Below, piece after piece: positions 39,579-47,958 of a DNA stretch of 64,000 bases. Positions within the stretch are counted from its first letter, which is position 1, and each line of letters starts with the position of its first letter. Under the pieces are notes generated by a model, which was given only the letters and a program-made list of their open reading frames with translations, had not been told where the DNA came from and did no database searches. The translations under genes were made by a program, and so were the position numbers. Source of the DNA: Candidatus Dormiibacterota bacterium (GTDB taxonomy: Bacteria > Chloroflexota > Dormibacteria > Aeolococcales > Aeolococcaceae); the NCBI GenBank assembly GCA_963718525.1, contig OY970355.1, forward strand, positions 256,001 to 320,000, read 5' to 3'.

Positions 39579-39629
39579 CGGCGCGACGACAGGCTCGGAG
39601 GGCGCGGCCGCCCAGCAGAGAAACCCCGG

Positions 39630-39764
39630 TCATCGCCCGACGAAGGCCCGGTAGAGGTAGTAGGCGGCGAGGAGCAGGGTTCCGAACGCCCAGATGGCGA
39701 CGAACAGGACGTCGCCCCAACCGGCCTCGCCCGGGTACAGCTCCGCAAGCATCGGTAGGGGCAT
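39630..39764 (-). CDS. 44-aa single-TM microprotein MPLPMLAELYPGEAGWGDVLFVAIWAFGTLLLAAYYLYRAFVGR
   Basis: Hand-translated; starts 3 nt after the previous stop; GC3-rich codons. Confidence 0.7.
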   Translation of the reverse strand: MPLPMLAELYPGEAGWGDVLFVAIWAFGTLLLAAYYLYRAFVGR

Positions 39765-39767
39765 GTC

Positions 39768-39893
39768 TCAGTGCGCCTTGAAGTTCTCGAGCAGGAACTC
39801 ACCATAGATCAGCACGAACGTGAATACGAGCAGCCCGAAGAAGACGACGAGAGTCCCGATCAGGTCTCGCGCGAACGTGCTGCGGCGCTTCAC
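39768..39893 (-). CDS. 41-aa single-TM microprotein MKRRSTFARDLIGTLVVFFGLLVFTFVLIYGEFLLENFKAH
   Basis: Hand-translated; GTG 10 nt after the cytochrome c stop; positive-inside N-terminus plus TM. Confidence 0.72.
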   Translation of the reverse strand: MKRRSTFARDLIGTLVVFFGLLVFTFVLIYGEFLLENFKAH

Positions 39894-39903
39894 TCCGACG
39901 TCC

Positions 39904-40911
39904 TCATGGGAGGGTGTTGTAGTCCTCCCAGTGGCGGATGAACTGGATGAGGACGTTGATCTGCCCCTGCGTCAGCACCGGTGAGGTGTTGAGCACGGCG
40001 CCAGGCCCAGGTGGGTTCTGCTGCGGGTTCCAGTCGCTGGCGATCCCACCCCAGTTGGGCATGATGCTGCCGACGTGTTCGAAGTCGGTAAAGCCGTACT
40101 CGATGCACCGGTAGTAGTAGTCCTCGTTGAAGTAACCGAGGCGGTCCTGGTTGTTCAGGGGCGGACCCGCGCCGCCTTCGCCCTGTCCGCCATGGCAGCG
40201 CGCGCAGTTCGCGTAATAGAGCTGGGCACCCTCGGTGAACGAGTACTCCGGGTTGACGATCAGGTTCTGATGCGCATTGGTCTCGTCGAGGCCGAGACGG
40301 TTCCCGTTGTGGCAGACGATGCAGCCGATCTGGTCGATGCCGAGCGGACCGGTCGCCGGCGCGGAGGTCAAGCCGTAATCAGTGCTCGGGTTCACGAACG
40401 CGGGGAGCGGGCCCGGTTGCTGAACCGTCACGGGAACGGCCGGAGCGGCTCCGGGCGGCGTGTACGGCGTGTACGTGAATGACGTGAACCCGTCCGGTCC
40501 GTACTGCTGGTAGCTCATCGACGGTGGGTAGTTGCCCCCGGTCGGCGTGATGTATGCGGGATGGATGCCCGTGAGGTGGTACTCGGCCACCAGCTGCTTG
40601 GCGTTGGGCTCGTACTTGAAAAAGTCCTGGCTGAGCCGCTTCGCGGCCTCCACCGGACCGATCGTGCCGATGTCAGGAACGTGGCAGGAAATGCATCGCT
40701 CCACGCGGTAGGTGTCGCCCTCGATCGTGGCCTGCGGGAAGCTCGGAAAGAGCTGCTGTACCTGGACGTTGAAGTCCGAGGTCGGATAGTCCTTCAGGTA
40801 CTGCTCCTGCGCGGTGATGTAGCTCCGGGCACTCGAGTCCTTGAATGCGGCCCATGCGACCAGCCCGAGCAGCGCGACACTGAGCGCGACGAAGATGACC
40901 CTGGTTCTCAT
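39904..40911 (-). CDS. Membrane-anchored triheme cytochrome c
   Basis: N-terminal TM; CISCH, CIVCH and CARCH; distal MP.W. Confidence 0.9.
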   Translation of the reverse strand: MRTRVIFVALSVALLGLVAWAAFKDSSARSYITAQEQYLKDYPTSDFNVQVQQLFPSFPQATIEGDTYRVERCISCHVPDIGTIGPVEAAKRLSQDFFKYEPNAKQLVAEYHLTGIHPAYITPTGGNYPPSMSYQQYGPDGFTSFTYTPYTPPGAAPAVPVTVQQPGPLPAFVNPSTDYGLTSAPATGPLGIDQIGCIVCHNGNRLGLDETNAHQNLIVNPEYSFTEGAQLYYANCARCHGGQGEGGAGPPLNNQDRLGYFNEDYYYRCIEYGFTDFEHVGSIMPNWGGIASDWNPQQNPPGPGAVLNTSPVLTQGQINVLIQFIRHWEDYNTLP

Positions 40912-41465
40912 ACAGGCGAGCTCAGTCCCGGGTGCCCGAGGATCAGGGTCCAGTCCCAGTTGAAGGCTTCACCGCGGAAGAACTCGCCGATGACCACGAA
41001 GGCCACGGCGAGGCACACGTAGATCGTGAACAGCACGATCGCCACCTTGCGGTCCTGCGGGCGCCGGCTCGGATTCCGGTCGAGGTAGGGCGTCAGGATC
41101 ATGAAGATGATCACGAAGCTCGGGAACGCCACGCCGGCCATGATCGGGGGGAAACGCTCGAGCAACTCCTGCAGACCGACGAAGTACCACGGCGCCTTGG
41201 CCGGGTTGGGGGTGATCGAGGTGTTGGCGCGCTGCAGCAGGGGCGCGTTGATCTGAATCGACACCAGCATCAGGAAGACGAAGGCCGCCAGCCCCGCAAG
41301 GAATTCCCGCCACACGAGGTACGGGAAGGTGACGACCGTCTCCTCCTCCTCGCGGCGGCGGATGACCAGAGGGGTACTCGCCAGCTCGGGCCCCGAAACG
41401 GGCACCTGCGGCCGCGGCGTCACCGCCCCGCGGGGGTCGCGTCCTCCCTCGACGACTGTCGCCAT
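40908..41465 (-). CDS. petD: Cytochrome b6-type complex subunit IV
   Basis: TPNPAKAPWYFVGLQELL (PEWY-equivalent), PYLDRNP, three TMs. Confidence 0.88.
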   Translation of the reverse strand: MATVVEGGRDPRGAVTPRPQVPVSGPELASTPLVIRRREEEETVVTFPYLVWREFLAGLAAFVFLMLVSIQINAPLLQRANTSITPNPAKAPWYFVGLQELLERFPPIMAGVAFPSFVIIFMILTPYLDRNPSRRPQDRKVAIVLFTIYVCLAVAFVVIGEFFRGEAFNWDWTLILGHPGLSSPV

Positions 41466-42196
41466 CAGAGGCCTCCCGTGAACCCGTCTTTACGGACGCG
41501 CCAGAAGTGTACGACCATCAGCAAGAAGCCGATCAGGGGCAGGGCGATCACGTGTAAGACGTAGAAGCGAATCAGAGCACCTTGTGCTACCTGGTCGCCG
41601 CCGAGCAGGAGATATCGGGTGTAGGGCCCCACGATCGGGGCGTACTTGGCCATGTTGGTGCCGACCGTGATCGCCCAGATGGCGAGCTGGTCCCAGGGCA
41701 GGAGGTAGCCGGAGAACGAGAGCAGCAGCGTGATCAGCAGCAGGAAGGTGCCGATGACCCAGTTGAACTCCCGCGGCGGCTTGTACGCGCCCTGATAGAA
41801 GACGCGGGCCATGTGCAGCCAGACGGTGATCACCATCGCGTGCGCCGCCCAGCGATGCATGTTGCGGATGATGTCCCCGAAGACGGCGACGAATTGCAGA
41901 TCCTTGACGTTCTGGTACGCCGTATCCACCGAGGGGATGTAATAGAACATCAGGAAGAGCCCGGTGATCGTGAGCAGGATGAAGAGGAAGAACGACAGCC
42001 CGCCGAGGCACAGCGTGTAAGAAACGCGGACCGCGGACTTCTTGACGCGCACCGGGTGGATGTGCAGAAAGAAGTTGGTCAGCGCGGTGCGTGCGGCGAC
42101 CTTGTCGTTGGTCGGCAGGCCGTGGCGGAATACCGACCCCCAGAGCTGCGCGACGAACGCGCGGACAGGATTCGCCTGATCGGGGGTTGCGCTCAC
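41465..42196 (-). CDS. petB: Cytochrome b6-type (split cytochrome b, N-terminal part)
   Basis: [34 protein letters not shown]. Confidence 0.93.
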   Translation of the reverse strand: MSATPDQANPVRAFVAQLWGSVFRHGLPTNDKVAARTALTNFFLHIHPVRVKKSAVRVSYTLCLGGLSFFLFILLTITGLFLMFYYIPSVDTAYQNVKDLQFVAVFGDIIRNMHRWAAHAMVITVWLHMARVFYQGAYKPPREFNWVIGTFLLLITLLLSFSGYLLPWDQLAIWAITVGTNMAKYAPIVGPYTRYLLLGGDQVAQGALIRFYVLHVIALPLIGFLLMVVHFWRVRKDGFTGGL

Positions 42197-42233
42197 CGAC
42201 CGTGACCCCTCATACGCCAGCCCGCCTCCTCAT

Positions 42234-42902
42234 TCAGACCCCGAGTGTCTTGCCGTTGCTCTTCTGGGTGTCGACCAGCAGGCGCCATTGTGGCGCCTCG
42301 TTGTTCCCAGGTCCACGGGTCGCGACGAGCGCAGCCCGGTCGACCGCAAAGAATCCGTCCGGTGTGACCTCGATGTTCACCCAGTCCATGGGGCGAGGCG
42401 CCGGCCCGTAGAAGTTCGTCGAATCGATGAAGTACCGGCTGCCGTGACATGGGCATGCCCAGCCGTTCGGAAGGCGCTGGTCGGCCGCCCGCACCCCGCG
42501 TGCCTCTGCGGTGGCTGGCGAGACCCCGGACCCGGTGGTCACGTCGGTGACATAGTTCGGCGTGCAGCCGAGGTGTGTGCAGACGAGGTAGACGGCGTAG
42601 ATGCCGGCGTCGTCCAGCACGACCGTGACGCGCTTGTCAGTCTCTGAAAGGACGTTCACCGGGGTCACCGGCTTGCCGTTGACGATGCCGCCGGTCAGCT
42701 GCTCAAAGGTGAAGCTCGTCTTGAACAGCGCGGGTGCGTTGCTGGACGCCTGCGGGAACATGAACTTGAGGGTCTCGATGCCTCCGAACAGGCTCGCGCC
42801 CGCGGCTGCCAGCCCGCCCATGATCATCAGGAACTGACGTCTCGTCGTCTCGGCGCGAGCGCGCATCCTCCCTCGCGGCGATTCGTACGGATTCAGCGCC
42901 AT
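42234..42902 (-). CDS. petC: Rieske 2Fe-2S subunit
   Basis: Tat motif TRRQFL, CTHLGC, CPCHGSRY, GPAPRP. Confidence 0.93.
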   Translation of the reverse strand: MALNPYESPRGRMRARAETTRRQFLMIMGGLAAAGASLFGGIETLKFMFPQASSNAPALFKTSFTFEQLTGGIVNGKPVTPVNVLSETDKRVTVVLDDAGIYAVYLVCTHLGCTPNYVTDVTTGSGVSPATAEARGVRAADQRLPNGWACPCHGSRYFIDSTNFYGPAPRPMDWVNIEVTPDGFFAVDRAALVATRGPGNNEAPQWRLLVDTQKSNGKTLGV

Positions 42903-42996
42903 GCAGTCCTCAGGAGGGAGCTTGTAGCTCGAGCAAGTTTACGAAGTTCCCTTACGGACGCCGCCTGCACACCGGGTCGGTTCTGATTCATCCCGA

Positions 42997-43131
42997 CTAC
43001 AGGAGCGGATTGCTCGCGGGAGGGGTGAGGATGTTGGCGAACACGATCGCCGAAATCATGATCACCACGAATGCAACGATGATGGCGAAGCATCCGAAGT
43101 CAGTGCGGAGAGCGACGATGAGGCGTTCCAT
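42997..43131 (-). CDS. 44-aa single-TM microprotein MERLIVALRTDFGCFAIIVAFVVIMISAIVFANILTPPASNPLL
   Basis: ATG 43131 within ORF 42997..43212; strongly hydrophobic core; upstream of the Rieske gene. Confidence 0.65.
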   Translation of the reverse strand: MERLIVALRTDFGCFAIIVAFVVIMISAIVFANILTPPASNPLL

Positions 43132-43243
43132 ATCTCGTGTTCGGAGCGTCAGACGGCCGAAAGGATACGTCACCGCACGCCGCACGCCGCGTGCCGGGTG
43201 ATGGCCGCCCACGGCGCCTGCCGGAGAGTAGCCTTGGCAGCCT

Positions 43244-43744
43244 GTGAGCGGATGGCGTGAGGTCGAGATCTACGGCACCTTCATCCGGTTGACGGGCGAG
43301 CTCGAGGTCATCGGCGCGGAGCGCCTCAGCGACAGCATCAACCGGTTCGGGGCGTTCCTTCAGGTCAGGAATTCGCGCGCCGAGCCACTCTCCACCAACT
43401 ACCCCGTGCTGAGCCGGCTCGAGCCTCGGGTCACGATCGCCAAGGCCGGTGTGATCCTGGTGTCGCCGCTCGAGGAGGTGCCGGACGGCAACTCCGCGAT
43501 GTGGCGGGAGACCGTTCCGTACGCCGCATCGATCAACACGTCTGCGATCTCGCTGGTCGGCGACGTTCACCTCTCGCCGGGCAACGATCTCCAGGACCAC
43601 CTCGAGCGCCACCCCGGGGACTTCCTGCCGGTGACCAATCTTTCCGCCCTCTGGATCACGGCGATCACGAACGAGACCCATGCGGTCCAGCGCTCGTTCG
43701 CGTTGCTGAACCCGGCGTCGATCCTGTCCTTCTCCCTCCGCTAA
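43244..43744 (+). CDS. Hypothetical beta-rich protein with two internal repeats
   Basis: LTGEL..ERLSD.IN..FLQV.N is echoed by LVGDV..DLQD.LE..FLPVTN. Confidence 0.7.
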   Translation: MSGWREVEIYGTFIRLTGELEVIGAERLSDSINRFGAFLQVRNSRAEPLSTNYPVLSRLEPRVTIAKAGVILVSPLEEVPDGNSAMWRETVPYAASINTSAISLVGDVHLSPGNDLQDHLERHPGDFLPVTNLSALWITAITNETHAVQRSFALLNPASILSFSLR

Positions 43745-43763
43745 AAGGTTCGGCCGCTGAGGC

Positions 43764-44207
43764 TCAGATGGCTGCGAGGACTTCCTCGCGTATCTGCCGG
43801 GTCTGGGCGGAGGCGCGAGCGAACCCGATCGCCATGCAGACGACGGCGATGAATGCGAAGCCCATGCTGATGAACTCGTTGATCGCCCGCTGTCCGATGC
43901 CCAGCGAGGCCAGCCCCGTGCCGCTCAGGAACGTCTTCTCTGCGGGAGCGCCCCAGACCGTCCCGATGAACGCCATGAGCATCCACACCACGGCGACGAA
44001 GTGCCAGATGGCTGCGGTTCGTACCGTGCCGTTGCGGGGCTTCGATGTGAGGTAGAACGCGACCATTGCGATCACGATCAGCACGACGTACGCGTTGAAG
44101 ATGACGAACACGATGAAGAAGGAGATGATCTGGGCAGTGGTCAGCCCGGTGAACCCGCTGATCGAAAACGGGAACGGGTTGTTGACCGCGACCAGGCTCC
44201 CGAGCAT
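43764..44207 (-). CDS. Membrane protein with oxidase subunit III-like WHFVxVVW motif
   Basis: AAIWHFVAVVWM, about 3-4 TMs. Start placed at ATG 44207. Confidence 0.65.
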   Translation of the reverse strand: MLGSLVAVNNPFPFSISGFTGLTTAQIISFFIVFVIFNAYVVLIVIAMVAFYLTSKPRNGTVRTAAIWHFVAVVWMLMAFIGTVWGAPAEKTFLSGTGLASLGIGQRAINEFISMGFAFIAVVCMAIGFARASAQTRQIREEVLAAI

Positions 44208-44276
44208 CTCGACGGGGAAATGTACATCAGTGGATCGGTGACGTAACCCCGCGCCCTCGCCTAAGCTTCTGTCGAG

Positions 44277-45293
44277 ATGGCGATCCTCCACGCCCCCACG
44301 CCCGCGCCCGCAGGAGTCCCCCAGGAAGCACCCGGACCGCGTCCATCCTGGGGATCGCCTCGTACGTACCCGACGAGATCATCACGAACGCCGACCTCGA
44401 GGCGATGGTCGACACGTCCGACGCCTGGATCCTCGAACGCACCGGCATCCGCGAGCGCCGCAAGATCGCATCCGGGATGACCACGTCGATGATGGCCGCC
44501 GAGGCCGGGCGCCGGGCGATGGCGGCTGCGGGCGTGGACAGCGTCGACGCCCTGATCGTCGCAACGGTATCCCCCGACTCGCCCCTCCCCTCCACGGCGT
44601 GTCTCGTCCAGCGTCGCCTGGGTTTGGGCGGCATCCCAGCCTTCGACATCGCGGCCGCGTGCGCCGGCTTCGTGTACGGGGTCGCCATCGGTCGTGGCCT
44701 CATCGTCTCGTCGGGCATGAGCCGCGTGCTGGTCATCGCCGGCGACGCGCTGACGTCGCTGATCGACTACAAGGACCGGTCGACCTGCGTGCTCTTCGGT
44801 GACGGTGCGGGCGCGGCGGTGGTCGGCGTCTCAGATGACGGCGGCATCGAGGGCATCCAGTGGGGCGCCGACGGCGGCGAGGCCGACCTCATCTACTACG
44901 GGCCCAAAGCCGGGGAGGAGGACGGGACCGACGGCCTGCGCATGTATGGGAAGGGAACGTTCCGGCTTGGAGTTCGAGCGGATGGCGGAGGCGGCGCGGG
45001 CCGTGTGCGCCGAGGCCGGCTGGTCGCTGGACGACGTGACCCTCCTCGTCCCTCACCAGGCCAATCTCCGCATCATCGAGGCCGTGGCGAAGCGCCTGAA
45101 CTTCCCGCTGGACCGGGTGGTGATCAACATCGATCGCTATGGCAACACCAGTGGCGCGTCGATCCCGATCGCACTGTCCGAGGCCGCCGAGACCGGCAGG
45201 CTCCATCAGGGCGATCGGGTCGTCTGCATCGCGTTCGGGTCCGGCGTCGTGTGGGGTGGTATCGCCCTGCGATGGACCGCGCCGACGCGCTGA
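44277..45293 (+). pseudogene. fabH: 3-oxoacyl-ACP synthase III with two compensating frameshifts (error or pseudogene)
   Basis: ILGIASYVP, WI.ERTGI, AACAGF and LFGDGA are in one frame; the ATG at 44277 and HQAN..GNTS are in another. Shifts at about 44290-44335 and 44973. Confidence 0.85.
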
Positions 45294-46147
45294 CATCGCG
45301 GCGACAGGCGCCGCGAAACAGGCTTCAGGCGCCCGGACCCGAGCTCCGGCCGACAGCGCCAACCACAGGGACGGTCGCGTGTCCGCGTTGCAAGCGCCGG
45401 TTCGTCGCCGAGCGATATGCGGCCGACCTCAACGTCTGTTCCGAATGCGGTCACCACGGTGTGGTGGGCGCGGCGCAGCGCATCGCGCAGCTCGCCGACC
45501 CGGATACCGCCGAGATGCTCGTCATCGAGGTCGGTGATCGCGATCCGCTCGGGTTCGACGACGGAGTCCCCTATCCGCAGCGGGTGACCCGAGCCCGGGA
45601 GCGGACGGGACTGCACGAGGCGTTCCTCACCGCCAGGGCCTCGCTCGCCGGAAATCCGGTGATCCTCGCGTGCATGGACTTCGAGTTCCTTGGAGGATCG
45701 CTCGGGAGCGGTGCGGGCGAGATCTTCGCCCGTGCATGCGAGCTGGCCGTCGCCGAGCGCCGCGCCCTGGTGGCGGTATGCACGTCAGGCGGCGCGAGGA
45801 TGCAGGAGGGCATCGCCTCGCTTGCGCAGATGGCTCGATGCTCGGCCGCCGTCGCCGAGATCATCGCGGCGCGCCTTCCCTACGTCAGCATCCTCGGCGA
45901 CCCGTGCTTCGGCGGGGTGACGGCGTCGTTCGCCGTCCAGTCCGACGTGATCCTCGCCGAACCCGGCGCCCGCATCGGGTTCGCCGGGGGTCGGGTCATC
46001 GAGCAGGCAACCCACGACAAGCTCCCTGACGGCTTCCAGACCGCCGAGTTTCTTCTCGCCCACGGGATGGTGGACGCGGTCGTCGAGCGGGGCCGCCTGC
46101 GCGACACGGTCGGGACGCTCATCCGTATCTACTCGGGGCACGCATGA
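45272..46147 (+). CDS. accD: Acetyl-CoA carboxylase carboxyltransferase beta
   Basis: CPRC..CSECGHH Zn finger, FLGGSLG, SGGARMQEG, GGVTASF, FQTAEFLL.HG. Confidence 0.92.
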   Translation: MDRADALTSRRQAPRNRLQAPGPELRPTAPTTGTVACPRCKRRFVAERYAADLNVCSECGHHGVVGAAQRIAQLADPDTAEMLVIEVGDRDPLGFDDGVPYPQRVTRARERTGLHEAFLTARASLAGNPVILACMDFEFLGGSLGSGAGEIFARACELAVAERRALVAVCTSGGARMQEGIASLAQMARCSAAVAEIIAARLPYVSILGDPCFGGVTASFAVQSDVILAEPGARIGFAGGRVIEQATHDKLPDGFQTAEFLLAHGMVDAVVERGRLRDTVGTLIRIYSGHA

Positions 46148-46962
46148 GCTCCACCATCGAGACCACCGAGCGCGAACGGGTCGCCTTTGCCGCGGTCGAG
46201 CTTGCGCGTCACCCAGAGCGCCCGCGCGCGCTGCAGGTGATCGCGGCCATCACCGGTGGCTGGACAGAGCTCCGCGGCGACCGGCTCTTCGGTGACGATC
46301 GGGCTGTGGTCGGCGGCCCCGCACGGCTCGGCGGCCGCTCGGTGATGGTGATCGGTCAGGAGAAGGGAACCGACCCGATGACCCGCGCGCTCCACAACTT
46401 CGGCATGCCCCACCCTGAGGGGTATCGCAAAGCGGTGCGACTGATGCGACAGGCCGAGAAGTTCTCGATGCCCGTGGTGTGCCTCGTCGACACGCCGGCG
46501 GCGCACGCAGGCATCGGGGCCGAGGAACGCGGCCAGGCGTGGGCGATCGCGGATGCGCTGCTGTGCATGCTCGGACTGCGCACGCCGACTGTCAGCGTCG
46601 TGCTCAGCGAAGGCGGCTCGGGAGGTGCTCTGGCGCTCGCGCTCGCGGACCGCGTCCTCGCGCTCGAGAACGCGGTCTACACAGTCGCTCCTCCGGAGAC
46701 CTGCGCCGCGATCCTGTATCGGGACGCGGGCCAGCGCGCGCGTGCAGCTGCGGCGCTCCGCCCCGGCGTCGACACGGCCCACCGCATCGGGCTCGTCGAT
46801 GAGCTGATCCCCGAGCCGCCTCCCGGTGCGCACGCTCACGCGCCGCTGGTCATCGCCGCGATTCGCGGCGCGGTGATCCGCAACCTCGATGACCTGAGCG
46901 AGATCCCGATCGACGAGCTCGTCGAGCAGCGCCGGCAGCGCTACCGGGCTGCGGGCGGCTGA
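46144..46962 (+). CDS. accA: Acetyl-CoA carboxylase carboxyltransferase alpha
   Basis: ELRGDR, NFGMPHPEGYRKA, DTPAA, EGGSGGALA. Confidence 0.93.
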   Translation: MSSTIETTERERVAFAAVELARHPERPRALQVIAAITGGWTELRGDRLFGDDRAVVGGPARLGGRSVMVIGQEKGTDPMTRALHNFGMPHPEGYRKAVRLMRQAEKFSMPVVCLVDTPAAHAGIGAEERGQAWAIADALLCMLGLRTPTVSVVLSEGGSGGALALALADRVLALENAVYTVAPPETCAAILYRDAGQRARAAAALRPGVDTAHRIGLVDELIPEPPPGAHAHAPLVIAAIRGAVIRNLDDLSEIPIDELVEQRRQRYRAAGG

Positions 46963-47958
46963 TCGGCCCAGGCGGCGAGCAACGCCGCCTCACGCTCAGG
47001 CGCTATGCCGACGCGCGAGCGGTTGGCGCGCACCGTCTGCTCCCATCCGGGATGTTCGCGCAGCCACGACCAGGTGTCCCGCACGGTGTCGCGCGCCGGA
47101 CGGCAGACGAGCCCGGAGCGGAGCGCAAGCGACGAGTTGCAGGTGTAGAACCCGGCCATGTCGCCGATCGGCGGCACCCAGATCGGGAGCTCCGTCCACG
47201 GTGCGACGTCGTTCGCCAGCAGGAATTCGGCGTCGACCCACGTGAATGATGCGGTCGAGCCCGTGACCTCGCGACAGAGGGCGAGCAGCTCCGACATCGT
47301 TGTGTGCCCAGGTCTGCTCAGCACGTTCACCGCGCCATTGAGCGCGGTCTCGACTGCGAACGCCGCGAGATCGCGTGCGTCGATGTACTGAATTGCGACT
47401 TCCTGCGGCCCGGGGGCGAGGACCGTGCCGCCCGCCGCAACGCGACGCAACCACCACGGCAGCCGCCCGATGTTCTCGCGCGGTCCAAGAATGAGGCCGG
47501 GCCGTGCGAAGACACTGCGCTGTGCGCCGAACACGCTTTCGATGGCCAGTTCCGCGCCGCGCTTGTCGGCGGCATAGTCGGTCGCGTCAGCATCGGGACG
47601 TGCGTCGACAGTCGGTGACGCTTCGCTCAGCACGCCCTCATGCGTCTCGACATACACCGAGACCGTCGAGATGTAGACGTAGCGATCCGCGTGCGCTTCC
47701 AGTCTCCGCGCGGAGTCGAGGACGAACTCGTGGGCCCAAAGACCATGCATCGACCACCATGTCCCAGTGCTCGCGAGTCAGCACATCGAGATCGGCCGGG
47801 TTGGTGCGATCACCGTGCACGGCGCGAACACCGCGCGGTGCGGCCCCGGTCTGACCACGATGGAAGATAGTGACGTCATCGCCGCGCGCGAGCGCGGCGT
47901 CGACGAGCGCCGGCCCGACAAAATCGGTCCCGCCGAGAACCAGAACCTTACGCGGCAT
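46941..47958 (-). pseudogene. NAD-dependent epimerase/dehydratase with a single +1 frameshift
   Basis: VLVLGGTDFVG in ORF 47638..47958 joins YISTVSVY..YAADK..RPGLILGP in ORF 46941..47750 if one T is removed at 47725/6. Confidence 0.85.

Noticed and set aside
42903-42996. Rex or Fnr operator before the Rieske gene
   Set aside because: No adequate match to TTGTGAA-N4-TTCACAA or TTGAT-N4-ATCAA.
44405-46147. Apparent FabH-AccD fusion ORF (580 aa)
   Set aside because: Artefact of the +1 shift at about 44973. The FabH C-terminus (HQAN, GNTS) is intact in another frame and accD has its own ATG at 45272.
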